Positions 23,701 to 36,878 of a stretch of 64,000 nucleotides of DNA are shown one piece after another. Below the pieces are notes generated by a model, which saw nothing but the letters and a program-made list of their open reading frames with translations, searched no databases and was not told the origin of the DNA. How positions within the stretch are numbered: position 1 is the stretch's first letter; every line of letters starts with the position of its first letter. Position numbers and translations under genes: made by a program. This DNA comes from an uncultured delta proteobacterium (GTDB lineage Bacteria; Myxococcota; Kuafuiibacteriia; Kuafuiibacteriales; Kuafuiibacteriaceae): assembly GCA_963803435.1 (NCBI GenBank), contig CAWDML010000001.1, positions 2,432,001-2,496,000 of the forward strand, written 5' to 3'.

Positions 23701-24966
23701 CTCGAGGGCGACGGCGAGGTGGGCCGCGGCGCCGAGGCGCTTCGGGCCGGCGATCACGCCGCGGCGGCCGCCGCCTTCAGCGGAGTGCTGGCGAAGGACC
23801 CGCGGCGGGAGATCGCGAAGATCGGGCTGTCCCGATCGCAGGCCAGCTTGACGGAGGGGGTGGCCAAGGGAGACGTGCCGATCGAGAACGAAGCGACCGC
23901 CCTGGTGCTCCGCTCGCTGCTCGATCGCCGTCCCCAGGACGAAGACCTGCAGGCGACGCTCGAGAAGCTGGTGCTCCGCGTGAAGGTGGCGCCGAGCCCC
24001 GAAGCCGCCGGCAAGTACCTGGGGCTGGCGGCGGTCGCGGGCGGAGTGAAGGGACCGCTGCGAGAGAGCGTCGACTCCGGCGCCGGTGCGCTTTCGCGCG
24101 GCGACCTCGAGGAGGCCGCGCGATCCCTCAGCCGCGCGGTCGAGATCGATCCGTCCAACGCGATCGCGCGCGCCGGCTTCGAAGCCGCCAAGGAGGCGAA
24201 GAAGTCCGACCTGGTGAAGCGGATCGTGGCGGAGGCGCAGGTGGGCCACGACGATCGCGTGAAGGCAGCGCTGGCGAAGAAGCTCGACGAAGGCGGCACG
24301 GTGCTCGAGGTCATGCTGAACGAGGCCGCCCGGCTCGCGAGCCTCGGCCACGATCTGGAAGCCTCCAAGATCCTGGATGCAGCCAACGCGGGAACCGAGG
24401 GGAGCGCCAAGGTCGGGGTGCGGCGGGCCAACGATCTCCTGGCCGCGGGCAAGCACCAAGAGGCGGAGAAGGCGTACGCGGCGCTGTCCGAGGCGTCGGA
24501 GGTGGCGGAGGCGGGCGAAAAGATCGCGTTCACCCGGCACATCCAGAAGCTGCTGGAGGGCGTGCGCGCGCTGGCCCGGCTCGAAGATCTCGACAACAGC
24601 GCGAAGGCGGCCGCCGAGATCTTCGCCATCGATCCGCGAGACTCCGACGTCAAGCGCGCGCTCGAACAGCTCTACGCCCACGCCGAGAAGTCCGCCAAGG
24701 CGAACGACACGGACGAGATGATTCGCGCGCTCTCGATCGCGGCGCTGGTGATCGGGCGGACCCAGGAGCTCGGTGCACCGCTGCGCGCACTCCGCGGCGG
24801 CCAGTCGGCGCAGGCCTCGGAGATGCTGCGGAAGATCGGCGCGGAGTTCGCCCAGGAGTCGGAGGACGAGGAGACCGCCGAGCGCGAGCCCGTGGTCACG
24901 TTCACCGAACACGCGCGCCGAGCGCTGGGGACCTCCAGGACGGAGGTCTCAGCAGGCAAGCCGTGA
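20781..24966 (+). CDS. Large (~1390 aa) TPR-like helical-repeat lipoprotein; frameshift ~22064 and in-frame TGA 22099
   Basis: LLLLGGC lipobox and TPR-like repeats throughout. An internal ~400-aa duplication spans the break, supporting a single gene. Confidence 0.75.
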
Positions 24967-24969
24967 GGC

Positions 24970-25944
24970 TCACGCCATCAGCGGGAGATCGATTCGGAAG
25001 ACGGTGCCGTCCGGGCCGGTGCGTTCGAGCGTGAGCTGACAGCCCGACTCGTCCGCAGACCGGCGCACCGCCGCCAGCCCCAGGCCGCGCTGTTCTCCCT
25101 TGCTGCTCGTGCCGGCCTCGAACACCTGATCGAGGAGGTCCGATGGGATACCGGGTCCGTCGTCGCGCACCCAGACCGAGACCGACGACTCGCCCGCCTT
25201 CACGCTGACCACCACGTGCCCCCCGTTCATCGCCTCGCAGGCGTTGAGCACCAGGTTCACGATGATACGCTCGAACGACGCCCGATCGCCGCAGGCCGAC
25301 GGCAGCTCGGACACCCGATCGAGGGCGAGCTCGGTGGGGATGGTGGCGCGGCGCAGCCACGGGATCAGTTCGTCGAGCACCTCCCCGACGGCGAGCGCGC
25401 CCAGGCGCAGATCGCCCGGGTTGGCCCAATCGTGGAGGCGCCGCGACAGCTCACGACCATGGATGAGCGCACGCTCGGCCTGCTCCAGGATCTCGGGCGT
25501 GTCGTCGCCACCGAGCCGAACGAGATCGAGGCAGGCCTGCAGCACCGAGAGGACGTTGTTGATGTCGTGGCCGAGCACGGCGGCGACCTGGCCCCGCAAG
25601 CCGGCGAGGCGCTTGCCGATTCGACTGACGCGCACCTGACCGAGAAGCGCGCCGCTCTCGACCACCGGCACCCAGTCGATGCTGTGTGGGCGCGCGAGCA
25701 CCTCGGAGATCCGCGTCGACCGCTGGATCGGCGGCACGGCCAGCAGCGGCAGATCGATCAGCCGGCGGCTCTGCGCGTGACCCACGGCGTTCCGCGGCGC
25801 CAGGCAGCTCCAGGAGCCATCGAGCTCGAGATAGACCGGACGCCCCTGATCGAGCAGCGGCAGCGCCTCGCTGAGCGTGGCGTACGGCCCGAAGGCGATC
25901 GCCTCCTCGAGGAAGCGCTCGACCGTGGCGTCCGGCAGCGTCAC
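24970..25944 (-). CDS. Cytoplasmic sensor histidine kinase with CBS-like input region
   Basis: H-box HDINNVL, N-box NLVLNACEA, DDGPGI, GLGL; GTG start overlaps the upstream stop (GTGA). Confidence 0.88.
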   Translation of the reverse strand: MTLPDATVERFLEEAIAFGPYATLSEALPLLDQGRPVYLELDGSWSCLAPRNAVGHAQSRRLIDLPLLAVPPIQRSTRISEVLARPHSIDWVPVVESGALLGQVRVSRIGKRLAGLRGQVAAVLGHDINNVLSVLQACLDLVRLGGDDTPEILEQAERALIHGRELSRRLHDWANPGDLRLGALAVGEVLDELIPWLRRATIPTELALDRVSELPSACGDRASFERIIVNLVLNACEAMNGGHVVVSVKAGESSVSVWVRDDGPGIPSDLLDQVFEAGTSSKGEQRGLGLAAVRRSADESGCQLTLERTGPDGTVFRIDLPLMA

Positions 25945-26351
25945 AGCTCCAGCTGTTCCTTGATGACCAGCTCGATCTCCAGGGCGACGTGTAGAGTATC
26001 GTCGGACTCCATCGCGCCCTCGGAGTGCCTGATCAAGAACGCGATGAGCTTCTCGCGGGGGACTCGGCGGAGGTGGGAGACGTTCACCAGGATCGACTCG
26101 ATCACCGGATGCGTCACGTCGATGCGCTCGAAGCCGCCGGGCAGCATCTCTTGCAGCGCCTTCTCGATCGCCTTCGGGCCGATGTGGGCGCGCTTGCCGA
26201 TGATCAGCGCGCTCTCGACCGGCGGCAACCGGAAGCGGCTCAGCCGGCAGTCGATGGAGACCGTTCGGCGGGGAGAAGAGATTGTCGAGGACACATCGTG
26301 CGACACGGCCGGCGATGCTAGGTCGTCCGTGTGTCGCAGTCCATGGCTCAA
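25941..26351 (-). CDS. Hypothetical protein (start uncertain)
   Basis: 136-aa ORF with protein-like composition and 4-nt overlaps with both neighbours. Confidence 0.65.
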   Translation of the reverse strand: MSHGLRHTDDLASPAVSHDVSSTISSPRRTVSIDCRLSRFRLPPVESALIIGKRAHIGPKAIEKALQEMLPGGFERIDVTHPVIESILVNVSHLRRVPREKLIAFLIRHSEGAMESDDTLHVALEIELVIKEQLEL

Positions 26352-26725
26352 GGGAGATCCGAGAAACGGCTCCAGCCGCGCTCGAGCTCGTCGAGTGCGT
26401 CGGCGAGATCATCCTCATCGCCGTCCTCGATCGCGCGCTGCACGCGCGCCAGGTCGGTCTTCAAGCGATCCACGAGATCGGAGGACGCGTGCTGGCCCCA
26501 TAGTGCGATCGACTGCTCGCCGGCGGCGCACAGCACGCGGGCCAGCGTGGCAAGATCCGAGAACCAGACCTCGTCCTCGTCCGGCAGCTCACCCGGGAGG
26601 CTCCAGGGCGCGACCGTGACGCGCGTCGCAGGCACCATCTCCTCGCCGCAGTACATGCAACGGTCGATGACGCCCGGGATCGGGCGACGGCATCCCGAGC
26701 ATCGCACGTGATCGCACGTCAACAT
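26348..26725 (-). CDS. Hypothetical zinc-ribbon protein
   Basis: CSGC...CMYC followed by an acidic helical region. Confidence 0.65.
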   Translation of the reverse strand: MLTCDHVRCSGCRRPIPGVIDRCMYCGEEMVPATRVTVAPWSLPGELPDEDEVWFSDLATLARVLCAAGEQSIALWGQHASSDLVDRLKTDLARVQRAIEDGDEDDLADALDELERGWSRFSDLP

Positions 26726-27150
26726 CGCCGCTCTTCTAACATCATTCGCGAGGACTGTCCTCCGGAGACTCGAGCCGCATCATGCGGATCAGCTCCCAGA
26801 GAGCCCTAGCAGTTCCTGCGTGCACGCTTGCCTCACCTGCGTAGCCGAAGATCGCGACCGCCGTCCGCTCCTTCGCGCGCCGCGCCCACACGCCGTGCAC
26901 GAGAGTTCAATCCAACATCCGGCACCGCGCGATCTCTTCCGGAGGCTGGCTCGAAATCAGCGAGCGCTCGGTCGTGACCATTGGGCCATCGTGGTGGTGC
27001 CGACCGCAAGGTGCGCAGGGTCGATCTCTGCCCAGCCGCTCGGAGCGCGTTCGAGATCGTGACCTGCACCAGAGTGGACCCCCACGAGCGGTCCAGGAAC
27101 AATCTAGCCCCGATGGGATCCAGAATGAAGCTCGGCGGACGGGCGCGACG

Positions 27151-27984
27151 ATGAGGCTGACGCTGGCGGGGCATCAGGTGGAGGCGGTCTCCGTCGGCGG
27201 CGTGGAGACCTGCTTTCAGCTCCCAGAGTTCGACGTCTGCCTCGACATCGGTCGCTGCCCGCCGGGCGCCGAGCTGAGGAGCCGCGTGCTGCTCACTCAT
27301 GCGCACATCGATCATGCCGCCGGCCTGCCCTACTACGTCTCGATGCGCGCGCTCACCGGGATGAAGCCGCCGTCGATCTGGTGCCCGAAGGCGAGCCACC
27401 CGGCGCTCGCGCGGCTGCTCGCCGTCTGGACCGAGATGCAGGCCGACGCTGAGCGATGCACGCTGACGCCGGTCGAGCCCGGGGATCGGATCGAGCTGGG
27501 GAAGAGCGCGTACGCCCAGGTCTTCCGGTCACCGCATCGGATCGCCTGTGCGGGATACACGCTCTTTCGGAGGAAGAAGAAGCTGCGCGAGGACCTCGAG
27601 CATCTGCCCCCGGAGGAGATCGGAGAGCGTGCACGGAGCGGCGAGGAGGTGAACCGGATCGTGGAGCAGGCCGAAGTCTGCTATCCGGGCGACACGATGG
27701 CCGACGTGATCGACACCGAGCCCACGGTGACGAAGGCCCGCCTGCTGCTGCTGGAGTGCACGTTCTTCTCGCCGAAGGTGGATGTCCGCAAGGCGCGTCG
27801 GAGCGGGCACATCCACTTCGATGAGCTGGCGGCCCGGGCCGACAAGTTCGAAAACGAGCTGATCCTACTGACCCACTTCTCGCGCCGGCACGCCCGCGGG
27901 GAGGCCGAAGCGGCGGTGGACAGCCTCCCGAAGGAGCTCAAGAGACGAATACGGCTCTTATTTCATGATCCTGGGCCCCTATGA
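27151..27984 (+). CDS. MBL-fold metallohydrolase, short RNase Z-like
   Basis: THAHIDH, HR, YPGDT, LLECTF, GHIH and LTHFSRR. Confidence 0.88.
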   Translation: MRLTLAGHQVEAVSVGGVETCFQLPEFDVCLDIGRCPPGAELRSRVLLTHAHIDHAAGLPYYVSMRALTGMKPPSIWCPKASHPALARLLAVWTEMQADAERCTLTPVEPGDRIELGKSAYAQVFRSPHRIACAGYTLFRRKKKLREDLEHLPPEEIGERARSGEEVNRIVEQAEVCYPGDTMADVIDTEPTVTKARLLLLECTFFSPKVDVRKARRSGHIHFDELAARADKFENELILLTHFSRRHARGEAEAAVDSLPKELKRRIRLLFHDPGPL

Positions 27985-27993
27985 AAGAGGCGC

Positions 27994-29658
<1,665 letters not shown>

Positions 29659-29710
29659 CTAGCGGATTCTGGACCCGTAGACCATCGCTAATGCGGTACG
29701 ATGGGCCTCC

Positions 29711-30766
<1,056 letters not shown>

Positions 30767-30859
30767 GCGGCCGCCGGGATCGTCCGTTCGGTTTTCGAGG
30801 AGGTCCGGTTTTCGGACGGACAGCGCCGGACGAACCGGTGAACCGAGTGAGCGCGCGGC

Positions 30860-30875
30860 TGGTACGCGTGTTGCC
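30860..30875 (+). promoter_or_regulatory. Putative sigma54 (-24/-12) promoter
   Basis: TGGTAC-GCGTG-TTGCC with GG-N10-GC spacing, just upstream of ATG 30887. Confidence 0.55.
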
Positions 30876-30886
30876 AGGCGTCGCGC

Positions 30887-31639
30887 ATGCTCGAAAAACT
30901 TCGACTCGTTCCCCTCTCTCTCTTGCTCCTGATCGGATGCCGCGGCCCGGAGGAGACGCGCGCGACCGAGGACCCGATCACCGGCGGTCGCATCGACCGC
31001 TCGCACGAGGCCGTCGGACAGGTCGGCGCCTTCGACGGTGACGCCGTCGGGTTCTTCTGCACCGGCACGCTGGTAGGACCGAAGACCGTCGTCACCGCCG
31101 CGCACTGTCTGTTCGACGGCGCGCGACGGGTCTATGCGCCCGAGCTCGCGTTCGAGGTCGGCGGCGTCGTGCATCGCATCGCCCGCTCGAGCGTCAACCC
31201 GGGGTACGATCCCGGCCGCGACGAGGGTTGGGAGGACGCGGCGATCCTCCGCCTCGAGGAGGCTTCCGAGGTGGGAGCGATCCCGGTCTCCATCGATCCG
31301 CCGCTCGAAGGGGTCGAGGCCGACGTGGTCGGCTTCGGCGTCACGCGCGCCAGCGGGCCCGGACAGGGCGTCGGGTCCGGCCGACGGCGCCACGCTCGGA
31401 TCGCGCTGGGCCTCGTCACGGATCGCGAGATCTTCTACGACGCCTCCGCGAGCGGCGCCTGCTACGGCGACTCGGGCGGACCGATCCTCCAGAACGGCGC
31501 GCTGGTCGGCGTGACCTCGCGAGGAACCGGCGTGGACTGCCACGGGATCGACGTCGCCCAGCGGGCGGATGTCCTCAGCGTCTGGATCGGCGGCGCCAGC
31601 GGCCGCGACGCCTGCATCGGCTGGTGCGACGAGGAGTGA
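30887..31639 (+). CDS. Trypsin-like (S1) serine protease lipoprotein
   Basis: LLIGC lipobox, ITGG, CTGTLV, TAAHC, DAAIL and CYGDSGGP. Confidence 0.95.
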   Translation: MLEKLRLVPLSLLLLIGCRGPEETRATEDPITGGRIDRSHEAVGQVGAFDGDAVGFFCTGTLVGPKTVVTAAHCLFDGARRVYAPELAFEVGGVVHRIARSSVNPGYDPGRDEGWEDAAILRLEEASEVGAIPVSIDPPLEGVEADVVGFGVTRASGPGQGVGSGRRRHARIALGLVTDREIFYDASASGACYGDSGGPILQNGALVGVTSRGTGVDCHGIDVAQRADVLSVWIGGASGRDACIGWCDEE

Positions 31640-31651
31640 TCCCGGCGCGCG

Positions 31652-32533
31652 TCAGAGCGCGCTCATCGCGTGGAAGCCGCAGTCGACGTGGAGAATCTCG
31701 CCGGTGATCGAGCGGGCCAGCGGCGAGCAGAGGAAGAGCGTGGCGTCGGCGACGTCCTGACCGGTGATCTCGCGGCGCAGCGGGCTCTTCGCCTTCGCGA
31801 TCTCGATCATCGAGTCGATCGCTCCGATAGAGCGGGCGGCGCGGGAGGCGTAGGGCCCGGCGCTGATCAGGTTCACACGAACGTCGTGCTCACCGACGTG
31901 CCAGGAGAGCGTGCGGGCGTCGCACTCGAGCGAGGCCTTCGCGGAGGCCATCCCGCCTCCGTAGCCTTGGGTGACGCGGGTGGACGCAAGATAGGTGAGG
32001 CCGACCACGCTCCCGCCACGCCGCCGCATCCAGGGGAGCGCCGCACGGGTGAGCGCGACCAGAGAGTAGGCGCTGATCGATTGCGCGGTGAGGTAGGCGC
32101 CGCGGCTCGTCTCCAGGTGCGTCTTCTGGATCTCCGGCGAGAACGCGACCGAATGGATGAGGATGTCGAGCGGAGCGTCGTTCGAGAGCTCGCTGAACTT
32201 GGCGAGGGCCCCCGCGATGCTGATGTCGCCCTCGTAGCCCTTCTGGCCGCGGCTCTCCTCGGGAATGTCGGCGGCGGTGTCGTACTGGACGTCGCAACCG
32301 AAGAGGGCGGCGGGCCGAAGCTCGCCCTCGACCCCGTGGGGCAGCTTGCGGGACGGGGCGTATTTGCCACGATCGAGGAACCGCTCGACGATGCTGACCA
32401 CGCGCGGGTGGCTCGCGAGATACAGCGTGGCGCCGGCCGCTTGCAGGGCCTTGGCGATCTCCCACGCAAACCCCTGGTCATCGGCGACGCCGGTGACGAA
32501 CGCGTTCTTTCCCGAGAGGTCGAGCGGCAGCAT
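31652..32533 (-). CDS. fabI: Enoyl-ACP reductase (NADH), plant/chlamydial-type
   Basis: GVADDQGFAWEIAK, LTYLAS, YGGGMASAKASLE, VNLISAGP.ASRAA and ITGE.LHVD.G. Confidence 0.93.
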   Translation of the reverse strand: MLPLDLSGKNAFVTGVADDQGFAWEIAKALQAAGATLYLASHPRVVSIVERFLDRGKYAPSRKLPHGVEGELRPAALFGCDVQYDTAADIPEESRGQKGYEGDISIAGALAKFSELSNDAPLDILIHSVAFSPEIQKTHLETSRGAYLTAQSISAYSLVALTRAALPWMRRRGGSVVGLTYLASTRVTQGYGGGMASAKASLECDARTLSWHVGEHDVRVNLISAGPYASRAARSIGAIDSMIEIAKAKSPLRREITGQDVADATLFLCSPLARSITGEILHVDCGFHAMSAL

Positions 32534-32578
32534 GGGCGACGCACTCGAACAAGAATCTTCGCAGGAGGCAAGACGATA

Positions 32579-33731
32579 TCAGGAGACGATCGCCGCCCGA
32601 TCGACGAAGGGCAGCCAACGGAGCAAGCCGCGGCGCTTCCGGACCGGCGGAATCCGACGGCGGGCGCGTCCGCTCGGTCCTGGAAACCTCCACCACCTTC
32701 CGCACGGAGGGCGGGGGGCTCTTGGGGCGGTCGGAGGCCAGCTCCTCGGCGAAGGCGGGGACGGCACCGGCGTTCCAGTCGAAGATGTCGTCGACCGGGA
32801 AATCGGGATCGCCGTCGTAGATGCGGCGGAGGAAAAGGCCGAGCTGCGCGGCCGTACACTCGAGGTGCTGCAGCCGCATGATCCGCTCGAGGGCCTCGGC
32901 GAAGTGGAGCGCAGAGCCAAAGCAATCGGACGGCATCACGGCCAGCGCCCCGCGGAGCGCGGTGCGAAGGCCGGGGGTCGCGGGTACGCCCTCGAGGACC
33001 CGATCGATCGTCCGCTCGCGGTTCTCGCTCAGCACCATGCGGACGGTGTCGCTGGCGGAGCTGCCGTTGAAGAGCATCCGTCCGCTGAGCATTTCGGCCA
33101 GCACCACGCCGACCGAGTAGACGTCGCTGGTCACGCCGAAGCCTTCTCCGCTGATCTGCTCGGGGGATGCGTACTGAACCTTGCCGCGGAAGAAGCCGGG
33201 GCTGGTGAGCCGCTCCGCGCCGGCCATGCTGGCGATTCCAAAGTCGGTGAGCTTGACCTCACCGAAGTAGCTGACCATCACGTTGGAGGGACAGATGTCC
33301 CGGTGGGCGATCTCGAGCGGGCTCCCGTCGTCGTTGCGGGCGTGGTGGGTGTAGTGGAGCCCGCGCAGCAGCTGAGCGACGATGTGGAGGACGTACCGCA
33401 TCGGCACGTGGCCCGCGATCCTGCGGGACTGATACACGACGTGCCGGAGGTTCTTGCCTTGGATGTGCTCGAGGACCAGCTGCGGCGCGCCGTTGTCGAA
33501 GAAGTAGTCGACGGCCCGGACGATGTTCGGGTGGTGGAGTTGGGAGAGCAGGAAGGCCTCCCGCTCGAAGAGGGTGCGGACCGCGGGGTCGTCCATCACG
33601 TCGCCCTTGAGCCGCTTGATCACGACCCTCCGGGAGAAAGCGCCGGGCCCGTCCGTCCGCGCCAGGAGGATCTCGCCCATCCCCCCGCGGTGAAGGAGCT
33701 TCTCGACGAGATAGCGTCCGACCGGCCGCAT
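32579..33731 (-). CDS. Ser/Thr protein kinase (probable frameshift at ~32652 near the C-terminus)
   Basis: RGGMGEI, HRDICPSN, DFG and KVQYASPE. Removing one base at GAATC 32650-32654 gives a stop at 32579 and removes the overlap with fabI; the uncorrected frame ends at 32478. Confidence 0.88.
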
Positions 33732-33864
33732 GACGCCCCCGAGTTTCACTCCCAATCGACCGTCGCAACCCCGAAGTGTCCTCATCGGATGTTGGCGGGA
33801 GCTCGAAGGTGGGTGCTCCGGTGATATTCGCCTCGGAATGGGGTCTTCCGCCCCGCGAAAAAGT

Positions 33865-33891
33865 TGAAACCCAATCCGGGGGCCGTGCGTA
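33865..33891 (+). promoter_or_regulatory. Putative ECF-sigma autoregulatory promoter
   Basis: TGAAAC-N17-CGTA preceded by an A-tract, directly upstream of the ECF gene; resembles the SigW-type consensus. Confidence 0.65.
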
Positions 33892-33906
33892 CCGAACGCC
33901 CATCAG

Positions 33907-34515
33907 GTGACGGCCCTCGGCGAGCAACCGGCGGAGAGCGTGGTGTCCCTCGAGGAGCGGCGGCTCCTCCCCCGGCACCTCGAGGGTGACGCCCGCGCGT
34001 TCGCGGAGCTGATGCGGGCCTATCGCGCGCCCGTCTACGGATACCTGGTGCGGTGCGGGGTCCCCGCGAGCGCGCGGGACGACCTCTTCCAGGAGATCTT
34101 CCTCAAGATCCACGGCGCCGCACGGAGCTACGCACCGGAGCGCGATCTCAAACCCTGGCTCTTCACCATCGTGGCCAACACCGTGAGAAGTCACTTCCGC
34201 AGGAGAAAGATCGAGGCCCTGGTGTTCGCCGGCACCCTGCCGAAGGACACCGAGTCAGACGCGCCCTCGAGCGAGCAGCTCACCGAAGCCAAGGAGACCG
34301 CCGCCTGGATCGAGCAGGCGATGGGACGGCTTCCGCTGGATCAGCGTGAGGTCGTGGTGCTCGCGTGCGTCGAGCACCTGTCGATGCGCGACATCGCGGA
34401 GGCGCTCGAGCTCTCGGTCAACACCGTCAAGACCCATCTGCGGCGCGCGCGAATGGCGCTTGCAACAGAGCTTGCACGTCGCAACCTGCGCGCCAAGCGG
34501 GAGGCCGCCCGATGA
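33907..34515 (+). CDS. ECF RNA polymerase sigma factor
   Basis: GDARAFAEL, DDLFQEIFLK, KPWLFTI, LP..QREVV.L and IAEALELSVNTVKTHL.RAR. Confidence 0.95.
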   Translation: MTALGEQPAESVVSLEERRLLPRHLEGDARAFAELMRAYRAPVYGYLVRCGVPASARDDLFQEIFLKIHGAARSYAPERDLKPWLFTIVANTVRSHFRRRKIEALVFAGTLPKDTESDAPSSEQLTEAKETAAWIEQAMGRLPLDQREVVVLACVEHLSMRDIAEALELSVNTVKTHLRRARMALATELARRNLRAKREAAR

Positions 34516-36869
34516 ACATGAGCTGCGATCAGCTGCGCGCGCTCCTGGAAGAGCACGCGCTCGACGCCCTGCGGGACAACGGCGAGGCCCGGACCCACGC
34601 GGCGGAGTGCGAGGAATGTTTCGCCCTGGTGGAGGCCCTCGGCGAGGTGGATCGCGCGCTGGCGGAGCTACCGGCGATCGACGCGCCGGACGCGCTCGTC
34701 GAGCGGGTGCTGTCGTCGCCGAAGACGCCGGCGCCGGTCGTGAAGCCGCGGCGCCGGATCGCGCGATGGATCTACGGCAGCGGCGCCATCGCCGCGACGG
34801 TGCTGGTGGGCCTGTTCTCGTCGACGATGGTGATGCGCGACGCGCCGTCGGCCGCCAAGCGCGGGGAGATGGTGGCACAGAGCGCGCCCGAGAAAGACAC
34901 CATCGTCCTCGACGGCAGGAAGGTCGACCTCCCGGTGGGCGGGCACGCGGTGACGCTCCAGACGGAGCAGATGGAGGCAGAGAAGCAGGACGTCGACACC
35001 GGGTTGATCCAGCCCCGGACCCCGCCCGAGCGGCCGGCCCCGGGCTACTTCGCGGCGCTCCCTCCGGCCCACACCGGCGCCAAGGAGTCGACGGAGGGCG
35101 ACGAGGCCAGATCGAAGAAGAAGCTCGAGGAGAAGGCCGTCGACAAGGCACCGGAGGCGGAGCCGGTGCACCTCGGCGTCCTGAACAAGGGTGAGGTGGC
35201 CTTCGCGGAGGGGAACGCCGAGCGACAGCGGGACCACGGCCGGTACGACGAGCAGGTGCCGCGAAGCCAGGTTGGTCGCGGCCCTGAGAACGGCTGGATC
35301 CCTTCGAACGCGAAGAACGAGGGCGCGGATCGCGGGGGTGCGGCCGCCTCGTTCCTGTCGCTGCGCGACGTCACCGAGGGACTCGCGTTCCAGCCTGGCG
35401 AGGGCTACTGGCAGAACACGTACGTCCCGGGTGACCCGGCGTTCCGGCTCCTGGCGGCCAAGCTCGCCGGCGACGGCATCGAGGATCGCGCGCGGCCATA
35501 CGCCCAGCCGTTCGACGCCCCCCACGGTGCTGCGCTGGGCGTGACGATGGCGTCCGACCGGGCCGCCGTCGACGGCCGGACGCGCGTGTTGCTGCAGATC
35601 GGGCTCAAGGGCGCGCCCGAGTACGGACGGCGCCGCCCGACCATGAACCTGGCGCTGGTGGTCGACGCCGCCGGGACGCCGGACATCGAGACCGCCAAGG
35701 CGATCCGGAGCGTCGTCCTGTCGTTCGCGCATGCGAGGGAGGCCGGCGATCGCATCGCGCTGTTCGCCGCGGGCCGTCCCGGCGCGCTCCTGGTGGAGCC
35801 GAAGCGCTTCGACTACGGCACCGCCGCGGTGACGATGCAGGCGCTGCTCGGCGATCGCCCCGGCGACGGCGAGACGCTCACGCCCACCGAGGCGCTGCGC
35901 CGCGCGATCGAGCTGGTGGCCGGCGCCGAGGACGAGTCGGCCCCGCTGGGCGCCAGCGCGGTGGTGCTGATCGAGGCGCGGACCCTCGGGATCGAGACGG
36001 AGCGGCTCGCCGACCTCGCCCATCAGAGCGCGGTCGCGGGGATCGTGGTGAGCACGGTCGGCGTCGGCGATGGCGGCTCGCTCCCGGAGCTCGAGCGGAT
36101 CGCGCTGGCCGGTCAGGGCAACCGGCGTCTGTTGGCGTCGGCCGCCGAGGCGGAGCAGCTGGTCGATCGCGAGCTGTCGGCGGTGAGCCGGGTCGTCGCG
36201 CGCGCCGTCCGCCTCCGCATTCGACTGGCGCCGGGTGTGCAGCTGATCGACGTGCTGGGCTCGCGCCGTCTCGACACGATGGAGGCCGATCGGGTCCGCG
36301 AAGCGGAGAAGAGCATCGACCTGCGGCTGTCGAAGCACCTGGGCATCGACTCGGATCGCGGCGAGGACGAGGACGGGATCCAGATCGTCATCCCGAGCTA
36401 CTACGCGAACGACGAGCACCCGATCCTGCTCGACGTCGTGGTGCCGGGCCCCGGTCCGGTCGCCGACGTTCAGGTCCGTTACAAGGATCTGGTCTACCTC
36501 AAGAACGGCGTGGCGAGGGCGCGTCTCGAGCTTCGCCGCGGCCGGACCGATCGCGGGCCGCTCCAGCTGTCGGTGCTCAAGAACCTGGTGGCACGGCAGA
36601 TGTCGGACGATCTGTACACCGCCTCCGCGGGGATGCGGGCCGGGGACGTCGCCTCCGCCAAGAGTCGGGTCGCCGAGAGCACCGCGCTGATCGCGGACCT
36701 CCAGCGGGCGATCCCGTCGTTCTCGCAGGATCCCGAGCTCGCCCGCGACGCCGACATGCTGGCGCGCTACCAGGCGGCGCTCGTCGGCCCCGATCCCGCG
36801 CTGGCCGAATCGCTCGAGTTCGCCTCGATGGCCAAGATCCTTCCTCCGCCTCTTCCGTCTCAACGTTAG
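34512..36869 (+). CDS. Zinc-finger anti-sigma (ZAS)-TM-VWA domain protein
   Basis: HAAECEEC (HxxxCxxC), one TM, then a VWA fold (NLALVVDAAG, STVGVG, LERIA.AGQG); ATGA overlap with the sigma gene. Confidence 0.85.
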   Translation: MNMSCDQLRALLEEHALDALRDNGEARTHAAECEECFALVEALGEVDRALAELPAIDAPDALVERVLSSPKTPAPVVKPRRRIARWIYGSGAIAATVLVGLFSSTMVMRDAPSAAKRGEMVAQSAPEKDTIVLDGRKVDLPVGGHAVTLQTEQMEAEKQDVDTGLIQPRTPPERPAPGYFAALPPAHTGAKESTEGDEARSKKKLEEKAVDKAPEAEPVHLGVLNKGEVAFAEGNAERQRDHGRYDEQVPRSQVGRGPENGWIPSNAKNEGADRGGAAASFLSLRDVTEGLAFQPGEGYWQNTYVPGDPAFRLLAAKLAGDGIEDRARPYAQPFDAPHGAALGVTMASDRAAVDGRTRVLLQIGLKGAPEYGRRRPTMNLALVVDAAGTPDIETAKAIRSVVLSFAHAREAGDRIALFAAGRPGALLVEPKRFDYGTAAVTMQALLGDRPGDGETLTPTEALRRAIELVAGAEDESAPLGASAVVLIEARTLGIETERLADLAHQSAVAGIVVSTVGVGDGGSLPELERIALAGQGNRRLLASAAEAEQLVDRELSAVSRVVARAVRLRIRLAPGVQLIDVLGSRRLDTMEADRVREAEKSIDLRLSKHLGIDSDRGEDEDGIQIVIPSYYANDEHPILLDVVVPGPGPVADVQVRYKDLVYLKNGVARARLELRRGRTDRGPLQLSVLKNLVARQMSDDLYTASAGMRAGDVASAKSRVAESTALIADLQRAIPSFSQDPELARDADMLARYQAALVGPDPALAESLEFASMAKILPPPLPSQR

Positions 36870-36878
36870 GTGATCCCA

